This document shows positions 50,266 to 61,294 of a stretch of DNA of 64,000 bases, piece by piece. The translations under genes and the position numbers were made by a program. Each line of letters opens with the position of its first letter. The first letter of the stretch is position 1. The notes beneath the pieces are model-generated. The model saw only the letters and a list, made by a program, of their open reading frames with translations, was not told the origin of the DNA and did no database searches. Where the stretch lies: positions 1 through 64,000 of the forward strand of contig NKIB01012542.1 in NCBI GenBank assembly GCA_002256025.1, written 5' to 3'. The DNA comes from Asterionella formosa. Its lineage: Eukaryota.

Positions 50266-51650
50266 ATGCCTTCCATGAAATCTCTCGCGTTGGCCCTGTT
50301 GCTTGCCAACGGCGCCTCAGCGTTTGCACCTGCATCGTCCTCTACGACGAGAGTGGGCAGAGTGATGACAACTAGTACTAGTACTCGTGGAGCGAAGTTC
50401 TCGCAGAGAAATACGGCTCTCCTAATGTCGACGAGACAGGGCACTGGCAAGGACTTCTACGCCATCTTAGGGGTTTCTCGGAACGCAGATCAGGCGGAAA
50501 TCAAGAAGGCATACCGTAACATGGCCAAGAAGTTCCATCCAGGTGAGTGTGGCGACGACTTTTCACTCGCTCCTGCTTTTTGGATGGACTTGTACTCACA
50601 TTCTCCGCAGACGCCAACCCCGGCCAGGATACGACAGAAAAATTCCAAGAAATCAACCGGGCGTATGAGGTATTGAACAATCCGGATTTAAAGAAAAAGT
50701 ACGACATGTATGGCGAAGGCGGGATTGGAACTTCGGCAGCCTCAGATGAGGCCGCTGGAAATCCGTTTGGCGGTGGAGGCTACTCGCAACAAGTCGACCT
50801 TGGTGACATTTTTGATTCATTTTTCGGAGGAGGTGGAGGTGGAGGCTTTGGTGGTGGCCGGGGAGCGCCTCGTCAGCAGCGTGGGCCTATCGTGGGAGAC
50901 GACCTTCGCTTTGATTTGGAAATCGACTTCAAGACCGCTGTCTTTGGAGGAGAAGAAAAGGTGCGAATCCGCCATTTGGAAACTTGTGACACGTGTACTG
51001 GTACTGGCGTCAAGCCGGGGTCCAAGGTTAGTACGTGTAGTTCTTGCGGGGGGTCTGGTGTAACCGTACAAGTCACTCGCACGCCTCTTGGGAACTTTCA
51101 AACGCAGCAAACTTGTCCAGCATGTAGAGGAACTGGACAACGTGTGGAGGAATATTGTGGAACGTGCGGTGGACAAGGTGTCAACTCAAAAACCAAGCAA
51201 ATCAAGGTCACGATCCCTCCTGGTGTCGAAGATGGAAACAAGTTGAGAGTCAGAGGCGAGGGAGATGCTGGTCCTAAGGGAGGACCTCCTGGAGACTTGT
51301 ACATTTTCCTCAAGGTCAAACCAGATGTCAAATTCAGGCGAGAGGGACCAGAGATTTATTCGGATGCTGCCATTAGTTACATTGATGCCATTTTGGGAGC
51401 ATCAATCAAGACACCTGTTGTCGATGGTGAGGTAACCATTAAGGTGCCTCCCGGTACTCAACCTGGTCAGGTGATGCGTTTGAAGAACAACGGTGCACCT
51501 CGATTGGGCAACCCTGATTCACGAGGTGATCACTACGTTACTATGAACGTTGAGATTCCCAAAGATTTGTCGAAAGAGGAGGAAGAGCTTGTGCAAAAAC
51601 TCAAGGAGTTACGAGAAAAGAATTCCAAGAAGAAAGGATTCTTCCAGTAG
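50266..51650 (+). CDS. dnaJ: Plastid-targeted type I DnaJ (Hsp40), intron 50543-50610
   Basis: Signal peptide + ASAFAP motif; J domain with HPD formed across the intron; G/F region; four CxxCxGxG repeats; C-terminal domain. Confidence 0.95.
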
Positions 51651-51912
51651 AGAAATGTGGCGCACGCCATGATGCAGGTACTGCTACTGGAACGAGAAAG
51701 GAAAGTTGAAAGTTATCCGTAGTCTTTAATAGCAAACGTTAAAAGCCTTGAATTTCTTCTCGTAACAAACCTGCAATATGCTCATGAAATTATATTCAGG
51801 GTTCATATTCTACTTTCTGTGGAACCTAGCGTCTATTTCTGATGACCTAACGGTGAAGTGGTTCCATAGCAAAATGAAGCCATTTCTTGATGGAACACAC
51901 ACATTATTGCTA

Positions 51913-52866
51913 TTATCTAGCAAGAACGAAGTTTGCTCCCTCCTTTCCATCACTCTTGGGAAATACCTTAACAAGACTTCCCGAATGTGGTCGCAGAAAA
52001 GGTTTTTCCATCCATCTCCCAATTTCCTTGGCAATATCCATCGGTTTCACCCATTGCGACACATCCGCCACTGGGTTGGCACTGCGGTTCGAAGGCGTAT
52101 CCAACATGGTTGGCAAAATCCCAACCACTGTCAATTCATCCAAGTATTCTGCGTGCTGTCGCATCTTACGGCCAACCTTGCGCTGACTCTTGGAAGCAAG
52201 TGAGGTTCCTGTGGTGATACCTAGTGTCTGAACATAATGGTGAGCAGCTGTCTTGCTCAACCCATACCCCGTCATACCAGGTGTTGGATTTAAGGCAGCT
52301 GTTGCGCCCATAACGACCATGAGGCCTTGGTTGTGTGTCATGAACTGCTGAGCCACGTACCCAGCAGCAGCCACGGGGTAGAGGTTCATTTGAATCATAC
52401 GGTCAATGGTATCACCATAGTCGAGCGCCCCCTGATTCGAGTCGGCATAATCATTGGGAAAGTCAGGGTCAGGCTCAAATCCTCCGGATGCAACAACAAT
52501 TGCGTCAATTCTGGCTCCTTCCAACACGGAACGGAGCGAGAGACTGAGGCGCTGTGTCAAGTGTCCCAGTGAGGGCCGCTCGCTGTGATGCGGAAGCGCC
52601 ACGAAGGCGTCTAGGTCCCAGTCGGACTCGTTGGGAAGCTCCAAGACATCAGCTCCAATTACGTTCATCTTGATCTCGCGAGAAAGATAGCGAGATACCG
52701 TCGATCCCAGAGTCCCCGATGATCCCATCACCAAGACTGTCTTCTTCTCGTATTCCTGTTTGTTGCCGTCGTTATAGAATCGTCGCCCCATCGAGGAGGA
52801 AGATATCCGAACCGGCTTCTCTAGAACTCGACGAACAAGCGATCTCTGGGAAGCTGCCGACATCAT
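51913..52866 (-). CDS. QDPR: Dihydropteridine reductase-like SDR
   Basis: VLVMGSSGTLG, DAIVVASGGF, GATAALNPTPGMTGYGLSKTAAHHYVQTL and ILPTMLDTPSNR match QDPR motifs. Arg/Ser-rich N-terminal extension. Confidence 0.88.
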   Translation of the reverse strand: MMSAASQRSLVRRVLEKPVRISSSSMGRRFYNDGNKQEYEKKTVLVMGSSGTLGSTVSRYLSREIKMNVIGADVLELPNESDWDLDAFVALPHHSERPSLGHLTQRLSLSLRSVLEGARIDAIVVASGGFEPDPDFPNDYADSNQGALDYGDTIDRMIQMNLYPVAAAGYVAQQFMTHNQGLMVVMGATAALNPTPGMTGYGLSKTAAHHYVQTLGITTGTSLASKSQRKVGRKMRQHAEYLDELTVVGILPTMLDTPSNRSANPVADVSQWVKPMDIAKEIGRWMEKPFLRPHSGSLVKVFPKSDGKEGANFVLAR

Positions 52867-53299
52867 TGTTATGGTTAATCTTCAAAAGCGAAGTGGAAAT
52901 TCGAAATTGCTGTGGTTGGTTTAAATGGAATTGATGCGATTTCATGTATAATCAAAATAATACGCTTTTTTGTTCCCGTCGTTCTTGCTTTCTCCTTGTC
53001 TTCAGGTCTGGCTGGCTGATGGCCTATGATTATTATTTTTACGCACTGGTAGTGTTATATACCGGTAAACCGGTATCTTCCGAAATAGATCGGTATTATA
53101 CATATGCATGGCGGATTGAGCCCTAATAGGACCAGGTACCCTACCGTACTCAAATTTGACGAAGTGCTTATTATATACCCAGAATGAATACCGGTACCAG
53201 GTACTATGTTGCGGTAAACACATTAAGAACATGATTTATATATTACGATGTACGTACCGACATGAAGAAAACAATAATTAGCAGAGAGTACACTTTACT

Positions 53300-53870
53300 A
53301 CACTACTGTCATGGCCTTACTTGCCCATTTAGAGTCCACAGATGCAACATTGAGTACTGATGATTTAGAGCTTAATCTCATGTGCTTAGTTGCTGATGCT
53401 TGGACACCAGATGAGCCCTTCAAGAACTTATGGGTATGCATCAAACATCTCCATGCCATTGCCAATGCCAGTGGGGATCCCTTAGTATCTGACAGTACCT
53501 TCATGCGGTTGATTGTTTCTGCATTGGAGCAAGCTGGTGTTTCTACCCAAAGTATTCAAACTTGGCGTGACCGCACCGATACAGACTGTACATGGGCTGT
53601 CTTTCCCCCCACTTTGTGTATGGCAACAAGGAACGTTTGCGCCTTTAAACCGCCACCACTGCAAGATATCATGGTGCACATGCCGCTATTCAGACCTACA
53701 CCTGAGGATATTGAGACCACTACCAAAGTGTGCTTTGCTTCCATTATTGCATCCACCAGACAAATTTGCACTGATCAAACAGGCAAATTCATAATCCCCT
53801 CCAGTACAGGGAACAAATATGTTGTGATTTTATACGATTGACAAACAACTTCATTTTCGTTCAACCCTTC
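53300..53870 (+). mobile_element. Internally deleted Ty1/copia remnant (gag fragment joined to start of integrase)
   Basis: Gag-like LLAHLEST...AWTPDEPFKNLW followed by TDQTGKFIIPSSTGNKYVVILYD, which resembles the diatom copia integrase motif TDQTGxFP..SS.GNKY. Confidence 0.65.
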
Positions 53871-55416
53871 CACAATTGCACCGATTCCTGTCTCCTTGCA
53901 GGTTAATTGTTCAAAATCGATTGAAATGGATTGTGATTTAACTATCGAATAAAGCAATGATATCCATGGTGGTTCTACAGCTACCCAATGTTTCTCTCTC
54001 CTCTTGTCTCAATGTATATTCTTTTTCCGCCCTTTTCTTCCTCTATTCTGAATCTTGTGTCTGGCAGTGCTATGTGGTGAAACCAGGATAATATTGCCAT
54101 CATATTGTAGAAACAGCTAGTTGGTCAGTGAATATTGTTGCAAACATACATAATTATTGGTTTGATCACTTAACTTTTCGATAAAGAAAATAAACTTTTT
54201 TTAGAACACATAAAATTCTGCTTTGACTCAAATAAATTCCGAAAAAAGTTGTGAAATATTTTCGAAAAGTAGCATAAGTAAGTCACTTTAGACATAAAAT
54301 TTGAAAAAGTGCCATAAACAGCAACTTAGATGCATTGGAGCAATAGATGCATTCACTTTTGCCTCATTTAACTCCAATGATTGATGCAGCTGTACATAAT
54401 GAGGATACGATTGTTATGTGGACTAACAAACAGCTCCAGGACATGTTGAGGTATTTCACTTACCCTCAACCAGTGAATGTCATGAAATTGGACAAAGCAA
54501 GAGGGATTGAAAAATGCTGTTAAAGCATCTGTTGGTGGCTATAGAGAGCTACTGTTATCCGCATAACATCAGTTTAAAGTACTCAACTAGAGTCGAGAGG
54601 AATTCAAGCAAACTTAACTACATATTTGCACGTGATTCTACCGTGTTCAATGATTAGCTAGTACATTTCTATTTCTCCCATAGTGCGCCCGTAGTGCATA
54701 GCACTGGGCGAATTGGTAAGAAATCTGGGATTCCCGAAAATGGACGTTTTTGCGGAAACGTCCATAACTCTGTAAATATGCAACCTTTTTTAAATGGAAA
54801 AAAGTTCTTTATGTAGATAATGCTCAGCTATAGATTCCGCACATTGAATTTCCATTTTGAAGAAAATGGAAGGCAAACGAGTTTTGCCCATAGAGGTGTC
54901 GAACAGTTCAAGGCAACTCTAGTCAATATATTCTAGCTCACCTTTACTAACGATAAAGTTCCCTCTGATAAAATACCGGTATATGAAATCCAATGAGTCG
55001 AGGATCATTATTTTTAGTGATTAGAAACCGTGACACGCAACACTTATTGACAAACAAATCAATATGCTTACTTATTGTCAAAGCAACGAAGATCATATGG
55101 ACAAGATAAAGGAAACTGTGGAATAAGTTTGAACAGTTTTACATTATGTGACCTACCGTTAGGCTGCTCAATCGGAGTGGGACATGATGAACGCGGACCT
55201 AGTTTTTGTTCCCCTTGGTACTTCACAACTAAAAGGATCGCCATTCAAAACACTATAGACGATTCCTTCTGGACAACAACGCACATAATATGATTGTAAT
55301 TCGATATGGTCATTGTAATTTTCTGGTTATTTTGACGCGATAACATGAAGAAAATGATAAGCGCGATGAATAAGGAGATTTCAATGCAGCCGAATATACC
55401 TATATTATTATTAACT

Positions 55417-58275
55417 TTAGCTTGGAAATAATACAGTAGAAATATGCTCGTTTTCCTTGGCAGTGTTCGGACTACGATTCGCTTTCTTGTTGGAAACGAC
55501 ACCTGCAAGATCACCGAGTTCAAAAGCACTGATAACCTCTTCGTCGGTAACCTTGGAACTCAGATCACTCCACCTTGATCGCTTGCGTTTACTCAGGACA
55601 CACTTGGTTGAGGCATCTGTACTCATTTTTCCGTGCAAAATACCAACTCGGGGGAATTCTTCAATGTCTCTTACCATACAGCCAGGTTGCCAATTCTCTG
55701 TTACTAAGGGTTGGGGCACTTGAGTGAATGCATCACGCCCATAACGTCGCATAATATTGCCCAACTCCTTTGGTGACGGAGCCACCCATATTTCTTGATC
55801 ACTCTGCGCCTTCGTTCGCTTTTTGATTGACTCGAGAAAGCAATTCAAATCCATCAGACGTCGACAGACGGCACGGGACATGTCAACAAAACGGACCGTC
55901 CGAGGAGGTGGCCGTAAGCATTGAATCTTTCGCGACATCTCAATAGGAATATCGGGGCAGGAGGACGAATGCTTGTAAAACACGCTCATTACTCCACCTG
56001 TCATCAATTTTGCGTCACCGGAACCATCCCCAGCGGCGTGATAGTGGGCACTCTCAGCTCTGCCACCATTACAATTTTCGCCGTGACAATATTTGCATTG
56101 AATAATTGCAACAGATCTGAAACTGTTCAGTGCAAGTTCCTCTTTGTAGCATTCGATCATTCTATCGCGACGCACCAGAACAACTTCGAAACATTCCAGT
56201 AACACAAGGCTGACTGGTGTATCCATGTACTGTGGTGAAAATGGTATATCAAGAAGGGATGCTACTAAAGGATAGTCCATATGAGCTTGTTGCCCAATCT
56301 CGAATCCCCCAGCCACAGCATCTAGCAGGTCTTGGTGTATATCTTCCATTTCAATCTCCTTCTGTTTTACCGCTGCACTTGCTCGTAGTTCTGCTGCAAG
56401 GTCACGACTAGTCCTTTCAGTGCCAAAAATGTATGGATGCTGATCACTATACCACTTCACAAAATGACTCAGGTTCCAAGTTCCCAAATAAGCAGATTGC
56501 TTTACGGAAGTTCCAGCTATAAAGAGCTTATCCGCATATGAGACGTTAACACACTTTAATGCATGCGCCCTCAAATAATCTAGAGACTGCAAAAATGAAG
56601 CTGGAGAGTGTGGAAAAAACACAGCCGACGGTGAGCAGATTGTCTTCCGACACTCCATAATGTCCCTCTTGCAGCCACGGCAGCAGATACCATACGTTCT
56701 CTTCAGTGGTGGTCTTGTCTTTGCCATGTAGACCTTTCGAAAGGACTCCGCAACTGGTGTAAAATCTGCATCATAGCTGCTAGTTCTTGGTCGTTTCGCA
56801 AACACAAAAACTTCCAAGAGAGTGAGCAAAGCGTCATCTCTCGAACATAAATAAATTCCACCACTGCGAGGCTCTCTAGGGAGAAGGAGGTGCACAGGGG
56901 CGTGGATTTCCTCAATGCAAAATATTTCCTGCGAGAAAATTTGAGGTGGTTGTTGCTGGCTTCGGTACGGCACTTGCCCTTGGGAGATATGCGGCACATG
57001 ATGTACTGCAGCAGGTCCAGGCATAGATTTTCCAAACAAATGTAGTTGTTGCATTCTGTGTTGGTGGTAAGCGTTTTGTGCTGCCATATAAACGTGACTT
57101 TGATTATTTTGATGCAATCTCCTTGCATTCGCATGCAAATCAGTCTCATCATAAGCAGTTCTTCCCCTTGCGGCTACACCACTATTCTTGTTTGTTGTGA
57201 GTTTTCCCACTTCTGTATCCCTTCCTACAGCTATCACCTTCTGATTATCTTCGAGGACACCGGGCTGAAAAGGGATTCGGGTGACTTGCCTTTGAGCATT
57301 ATGCTCCAATATCTTTGCATTCTCAGCAGCTTGCACAAAAATCTCATCGGCCCTTTGCCGTGCGGCCAGTCTCTCCTTGAATTCTTCTTCCATTTTTGTT
57401 AATTCTGCATCTCTTCTTGAAAGAATCATCGCCTGAATATTTTTTCCGGTTCGTGGCGCTTCATGTATTTGGATTGTTTGTGCCTCGTTCCGTACCGTAA
57501 GCCGAGCAGCTCCTTTATCGGCTTTTTGGATTTCATTACGTTTTTCCGATTCGACTTGTGAATTTTTCTCGTCGGCTCGTTTGACAGGCACGAGTTTGGT
57601 TTTTTTCTTTTCCCAACTCTTCCACCAACTTATGTCATGCTCAGTAGACTCCGAAGGACATGGCAGTGACGGTTCGGTGTTGTTCAACAAATTGGTTCGA
57701 GCGGGAGAAGGGACTTTTGCCGCAACTTCAAGGCTATCCTTAAGAACACTAGAGCCATTGATCTTAATATCTTTAATTTGTTCACCTTCTTCGTCATCAT
57801 CAAGCATAATCGGATTTTCCTCGCGCCCTAGAGCCGTTGTGTTGGTTTGACTTGGAAAGGCAACCACGGACTCATGAACGGCTACCGACTCTTGAGGATA
57901 TCCAGATTTATCTGAGGATACGGTATTCGTAAGTATTTGGCTGCATGGAGGTTGTTTACCTTCATATGGGGGGGATACTTGAGCAGCTGTGGATGCCATG
58001 TTGTTTGGTTGCGCACTCGCAGCCGTCTCAGCATTGGCGAGAGCAGCGTCAACAGATGTTTGATGTTCATGCTCTGCATCAGTACTGGCTTTGATGTTAC
58101 TTCCTTCGACTATTTTCTCCTGTAATGTATCAGTTGCTGCATCAGGCACTGTAGGAGACGCCACTACCACTCGCTCTGCCAATTGGTCACTGGTTCCCTC
58201 GCAACTTGACGATGTACCAAAGATAGCTTCGGACTCGGACGGCTGGTTCTCCCCGGGTTTGTTCAGTTCTGGCAT
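55417..58275 (-). CDS. Large hypothetical protein (~950 aa) with two CxxC...H...C modules
   Basis: Intact long ORF with a disordered N-terminus, coiled coil and Q/H-rich segment. Two modules: GICCRGC...FFPHS...HALKC and IQCKYC...KHSSSCPDIP. First ATG at 58275. Confidence 0.75.
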   Translation of the reverse strand: MPELNKPGENQPSESEAIFGTSSSCEGTSDQLAERVVVASPTVPDAATDTLQEKIVEGSNIKASTDAEHEHQTSVDAALANAETAASAQPNNMASTAAQVSPPYEGKQPPCSQILTNTVSSDKSGYPQESVAVHESVVAFPSQTNTTALGREENPIMLDDDEEGEQIKDIKINGSSVLKDSLEVAAKVPSPARTNLLNNTEPSLPCPSESTEHDISWWKSWEKKKTKLVPVKRADEKNSQVESEKRNEIQKADKGAARLTVRNEAQTIQIHEAPRTGKNIQAMILSRRDAELTKMEEEFKERLAARQRADEIFVQAAENAKILEHNAQRQVTRIPFQPGVLEDNQKVIAVGRDTEVGKLTTNKNSGVAARGRTAYDETDLHANARRLHQNNQSHVYMAAQNAYHQHRMQQLHLFGKSMPGPAAVHHVPHISQGQVPYRSQQQPPQIFSQEIFCIEEIHAPVHLLLPREPRSGGIYLCSRDDALLTLLEVFVFAKRPRTSSYDADFTPVAESFRKVYMAKTRPPLKRTYGICCRGCKRDIMECRKTICSPSAVFFPHSPASFLQSLDYLRAHALKCVNVSYADKLFIAGTSVKQSAYLGTWNLSHFVKWYSDQHPYIFGTERTSRDLAAELRASAAVKQKEIEMEDIHQDLLDAVAGGFEIGQQAHMDYPLVASLLDIPFSPQYMDTPVSLVLLECFEVVLVRRDRMIECYKEELALNSFRSVAIIQCKYCHGENCNGGRAESAHYHAAGDGSGDAKLMTGGVMSVFYKHSSSCPDIPIEMSRKIQCLRPPPRTVRFVDMSRAVCRRLMDLNCFLESIKKRTKAQSDQEIWVAPSPKELGNIMRRYGRDAFTQVPQPLVTENWQPGCMVRDIEEFPRVGILHGKMSTDASTKCVLSKRKRSRWSDLSSKVTDEEVISAFELGDLAGVVSNKKANRSPNTAKENEHISTVLFPS

Positions 58276-60186
58276 TGACTGCACTATTTGAACGAGGGGA
58301 CTTCCTGGTATTGATTGAAACACTTCAACTCCCGACAACGATATGATCCAAGATAATGGCACAGGTTGACAGATTGATCAAATTTGGTTTTATGCATTTA
58401 AGTACTGGCATACCGGTACCTGGTACCTGGAGCCAATATCAAACAAGGTGCTTGTGCTTTGTCATACCAGGAACCTTATCGGTATGAAAACTCAATACAT
58501 CAGCCATACATATACTGGTATATAAATGTGCCTTTTTGCAGTGGCCGCTCGTCTGTAGCATACTTCAAGGTGTACTGGTATGTAAGTACAGTACCCAGGT
58601 ACAAAAAATGGCGCGCAACATGACGAGAAAGTTAAGCAATGGCTGATATGTAGCAGCTACATAGATTAACGTGCTGGGGCTAATGCCACAATGAAGGTCC
58701 GGTGAAACACGTTTTAAACTTAAAAAAATATCAAGCTAAATATCTCGATTAGCGAACCTTCTAACGTACTGGTATCGTACTCTGCTTGTACACCATAAGC
58801 ATGGCTGATGTGAACGTACGTAGTGGCAACGTTGCTTATACTGCAAGTAATTGTAAAGGCCGGGTCCATTACTTGTTGGTACATATTTTACGATGGTTTA
58901 TTTATTTAGAGAAGTAGTCTACAAGTGTTGCCAATGCTAACTTCGCATGAAACTGAGTGACTTACCGGTTTACTATATTTCACAGGAACATCAGAACTTC
59001 CAAAATGTTGTAGGGAACATTATGCAGATGCAATTTATGTGTATGGCTTATATGTTGCTATTTGTAAGTTGTTACCATGCAGTAGGAAAAAGTACCACTA
59101 AGATTGTATCAAGTTCAGACGAACTTCTGGATACTGTAGGATCTACCATCACTGTTGCTTACTAGTCCAGCAGCATTAATGGGGCACTACAATATGCAAT
59201 AAGAATGTAAATTAGTAGTTTAGTATGCTAAAGCAAACCTAAATCAATGCATGAATGAATGCCTTTGTTAGATCTATCAATAACTAAGAGGAGTATCAAC
59301 ATTCAGCTTGCTCTGCCTTGACAAGTTAGCAAACAATTTTTTCAAATTTTGGAGTATAAAATGTTGGTTAGACCTACTCTACCCATGCTATTCTCCATTC
59401 GAGGGATCAAATTTAAAAAAGAATCTCTACTCCAGTTTCCATGATGTGGATATGGAATTCACAATGTTGGTATAGGAATATTGAATTAAGTTTGATTATT
59501 ATGATTTATTGTAACCAATACATATGTCGGAAAAAATCAAAGCAAGTTCATCCACATGTCTTCATGCACAACACAAGCAAACATTGAGGAATCTACTAGT
59601 GACACTGAACTAGTTGCAGATATGGATATTGTTGATCATGATTTGCTTGCAGGGAGATAATGTGATGCTAGTTATGGAGGAACCAGTACTGGTCATGGTA
59701 ATCACCGTGAAATAATTCTAAAAATATTCTTACAATTCGTGGATATAATTTCTAATTGTCACATACCAGTTGCTGAAGCTGCTCACAAAGGGCCTGAAGA
59801 GAACTGGTTGTATATTTTACTAAGTTTGGATGCCTGAAATCGTTTTTACTATGACTGCAGATAATTACTTACAATCTTGAATAGAATGCTTTTTCTGAGA
59901 TGATAGATAGAAAGTGATTATTCCCAGTAATGATACAATTCATGCATTGGTCAAAACTATTCATTGTGATATTATAAGGCATGATGTAATTTGAATTAGC
60001 TGGAAAAACTCAATTCCAGGTATAAATGTTGAAGCATCCAAGCATCGTTTCCATTATTTATACCGATAATCAAAACAGGAAAGGGGCAAAAATAATTTCT
60101 ACAGTAAAATTTACATCTTTCCTCTCGCGAAATGAGGTCCAGGATCATTCCACATGTACCAGCCATGCCTAAAGATAGACAGACTA

Positions 60187-61061
60187 CCAGTAAAGAACTG
60201 CTGTGACCCACTGAGTTCTCCTATTCGTTTGATTAGTTCGACTAAACCTATTCCATGTCTTGCGAGAATCAAACTTGCATGTCTCTTTTTAACCAAAGGA
60301 GTCAGCAGGTTGTGGATCTGTCGATATTTTCATTGAAGGTCGAGGTACTGAGATACGAACCCTTTTATGTGGACAAAATTTGCCGGTAATGGGTTACAGC
60401 CGTACTTCAATTTTTATATATAGTTGTATATAATTTTATGTACCGTTACGATCACGGATTACCCCGTTTGGTTTTCGCAAAATTATTTTTAAGAAGAATT
60501 TTCGTATCCAGATTTATCCCAGTACCTGCTGAACCAGGGTACCACCGGTACATACCGATACATCACAATCACACACAAATGCATCCAGCCGTCAACATAT
60601 ACCGGTATGTACCGGTTTCGGTGCACACTTTCTTCGGATTGTTGTACGGGGGCTGATGGTGGGTCGACCTTGGCGCGCCCGTTTATGCATGCTGAAGTTA
60701 CTTAATCAATGTCAGGGAATAGGGATATGTTATGACAAGAATCATAGGCAAAATAAATCGCATGCGATATTTTTGTATCTAGTTGCGTATATCACAAAAC
60801 AATGAATCCTTAAAACATGGGGTAATCCGTGTTCTGGCAATATTTTCGTCGATTGCACTTTTCAACCAATATTTTAGGAGAGACAAATTGCTATAAAGTT
60901 ATATCTAATGGCATATCCTTAAAGTGTAGATGGTCAGGATTTGGGTCGAAGTTTTAAAATTAACATATTGGCATTTGGTGGGGTTAAACCGTGTTTTTCT
61001 CCTGTTCAGTGGGTCACAGCGGTTCCAATTTTTTTAGTGGGTCACAGCAGTTTTTTACTGG
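60187..61061 (-). mobile_element. ~875-bp divergent member of MITE family B
   Basis: TA|CCAGTAAAGAACTGCTGTGACCCACT ... AGTGGGTCACAGCAGTTTTTTACTGG|TA. The subterminal ATTCGTTTGATTAGTTCGACTAAA resembles 40222-40246. Confidence 0.85.
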
Positions 61062-61294
61062 TACCAGGTACAGGTACCGTTACGTAGTTATTTAGTCATG
61101 AGCATCATGAAATATCAGCATCGATGTTAATGTTATATGAAATTATAATAATTGTTCACCATCATCACCATGTCAACGAGAGCGCAATATACATAGTAAA
61201 CTGAAACCGCACCACTTACAATAAGTCAGCCACTCTGATCCGGTCCTGAACCATTCCACGCAATCGATTCGATCTGATTCATTCAAACACAACA

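Noticed and set aside
54660..54900. Possible Transib-like ends (CCCATAGTG, CACTGGGCG...GCCCATAGAG)
   Set aside because: The matches are too short and no TSD or second copy was found in the window.
58900..60150. AT-rich region with broken ORFs (also 25500-27300)
   Set aside because: Likely old TE debris, but no assignable motif was found.
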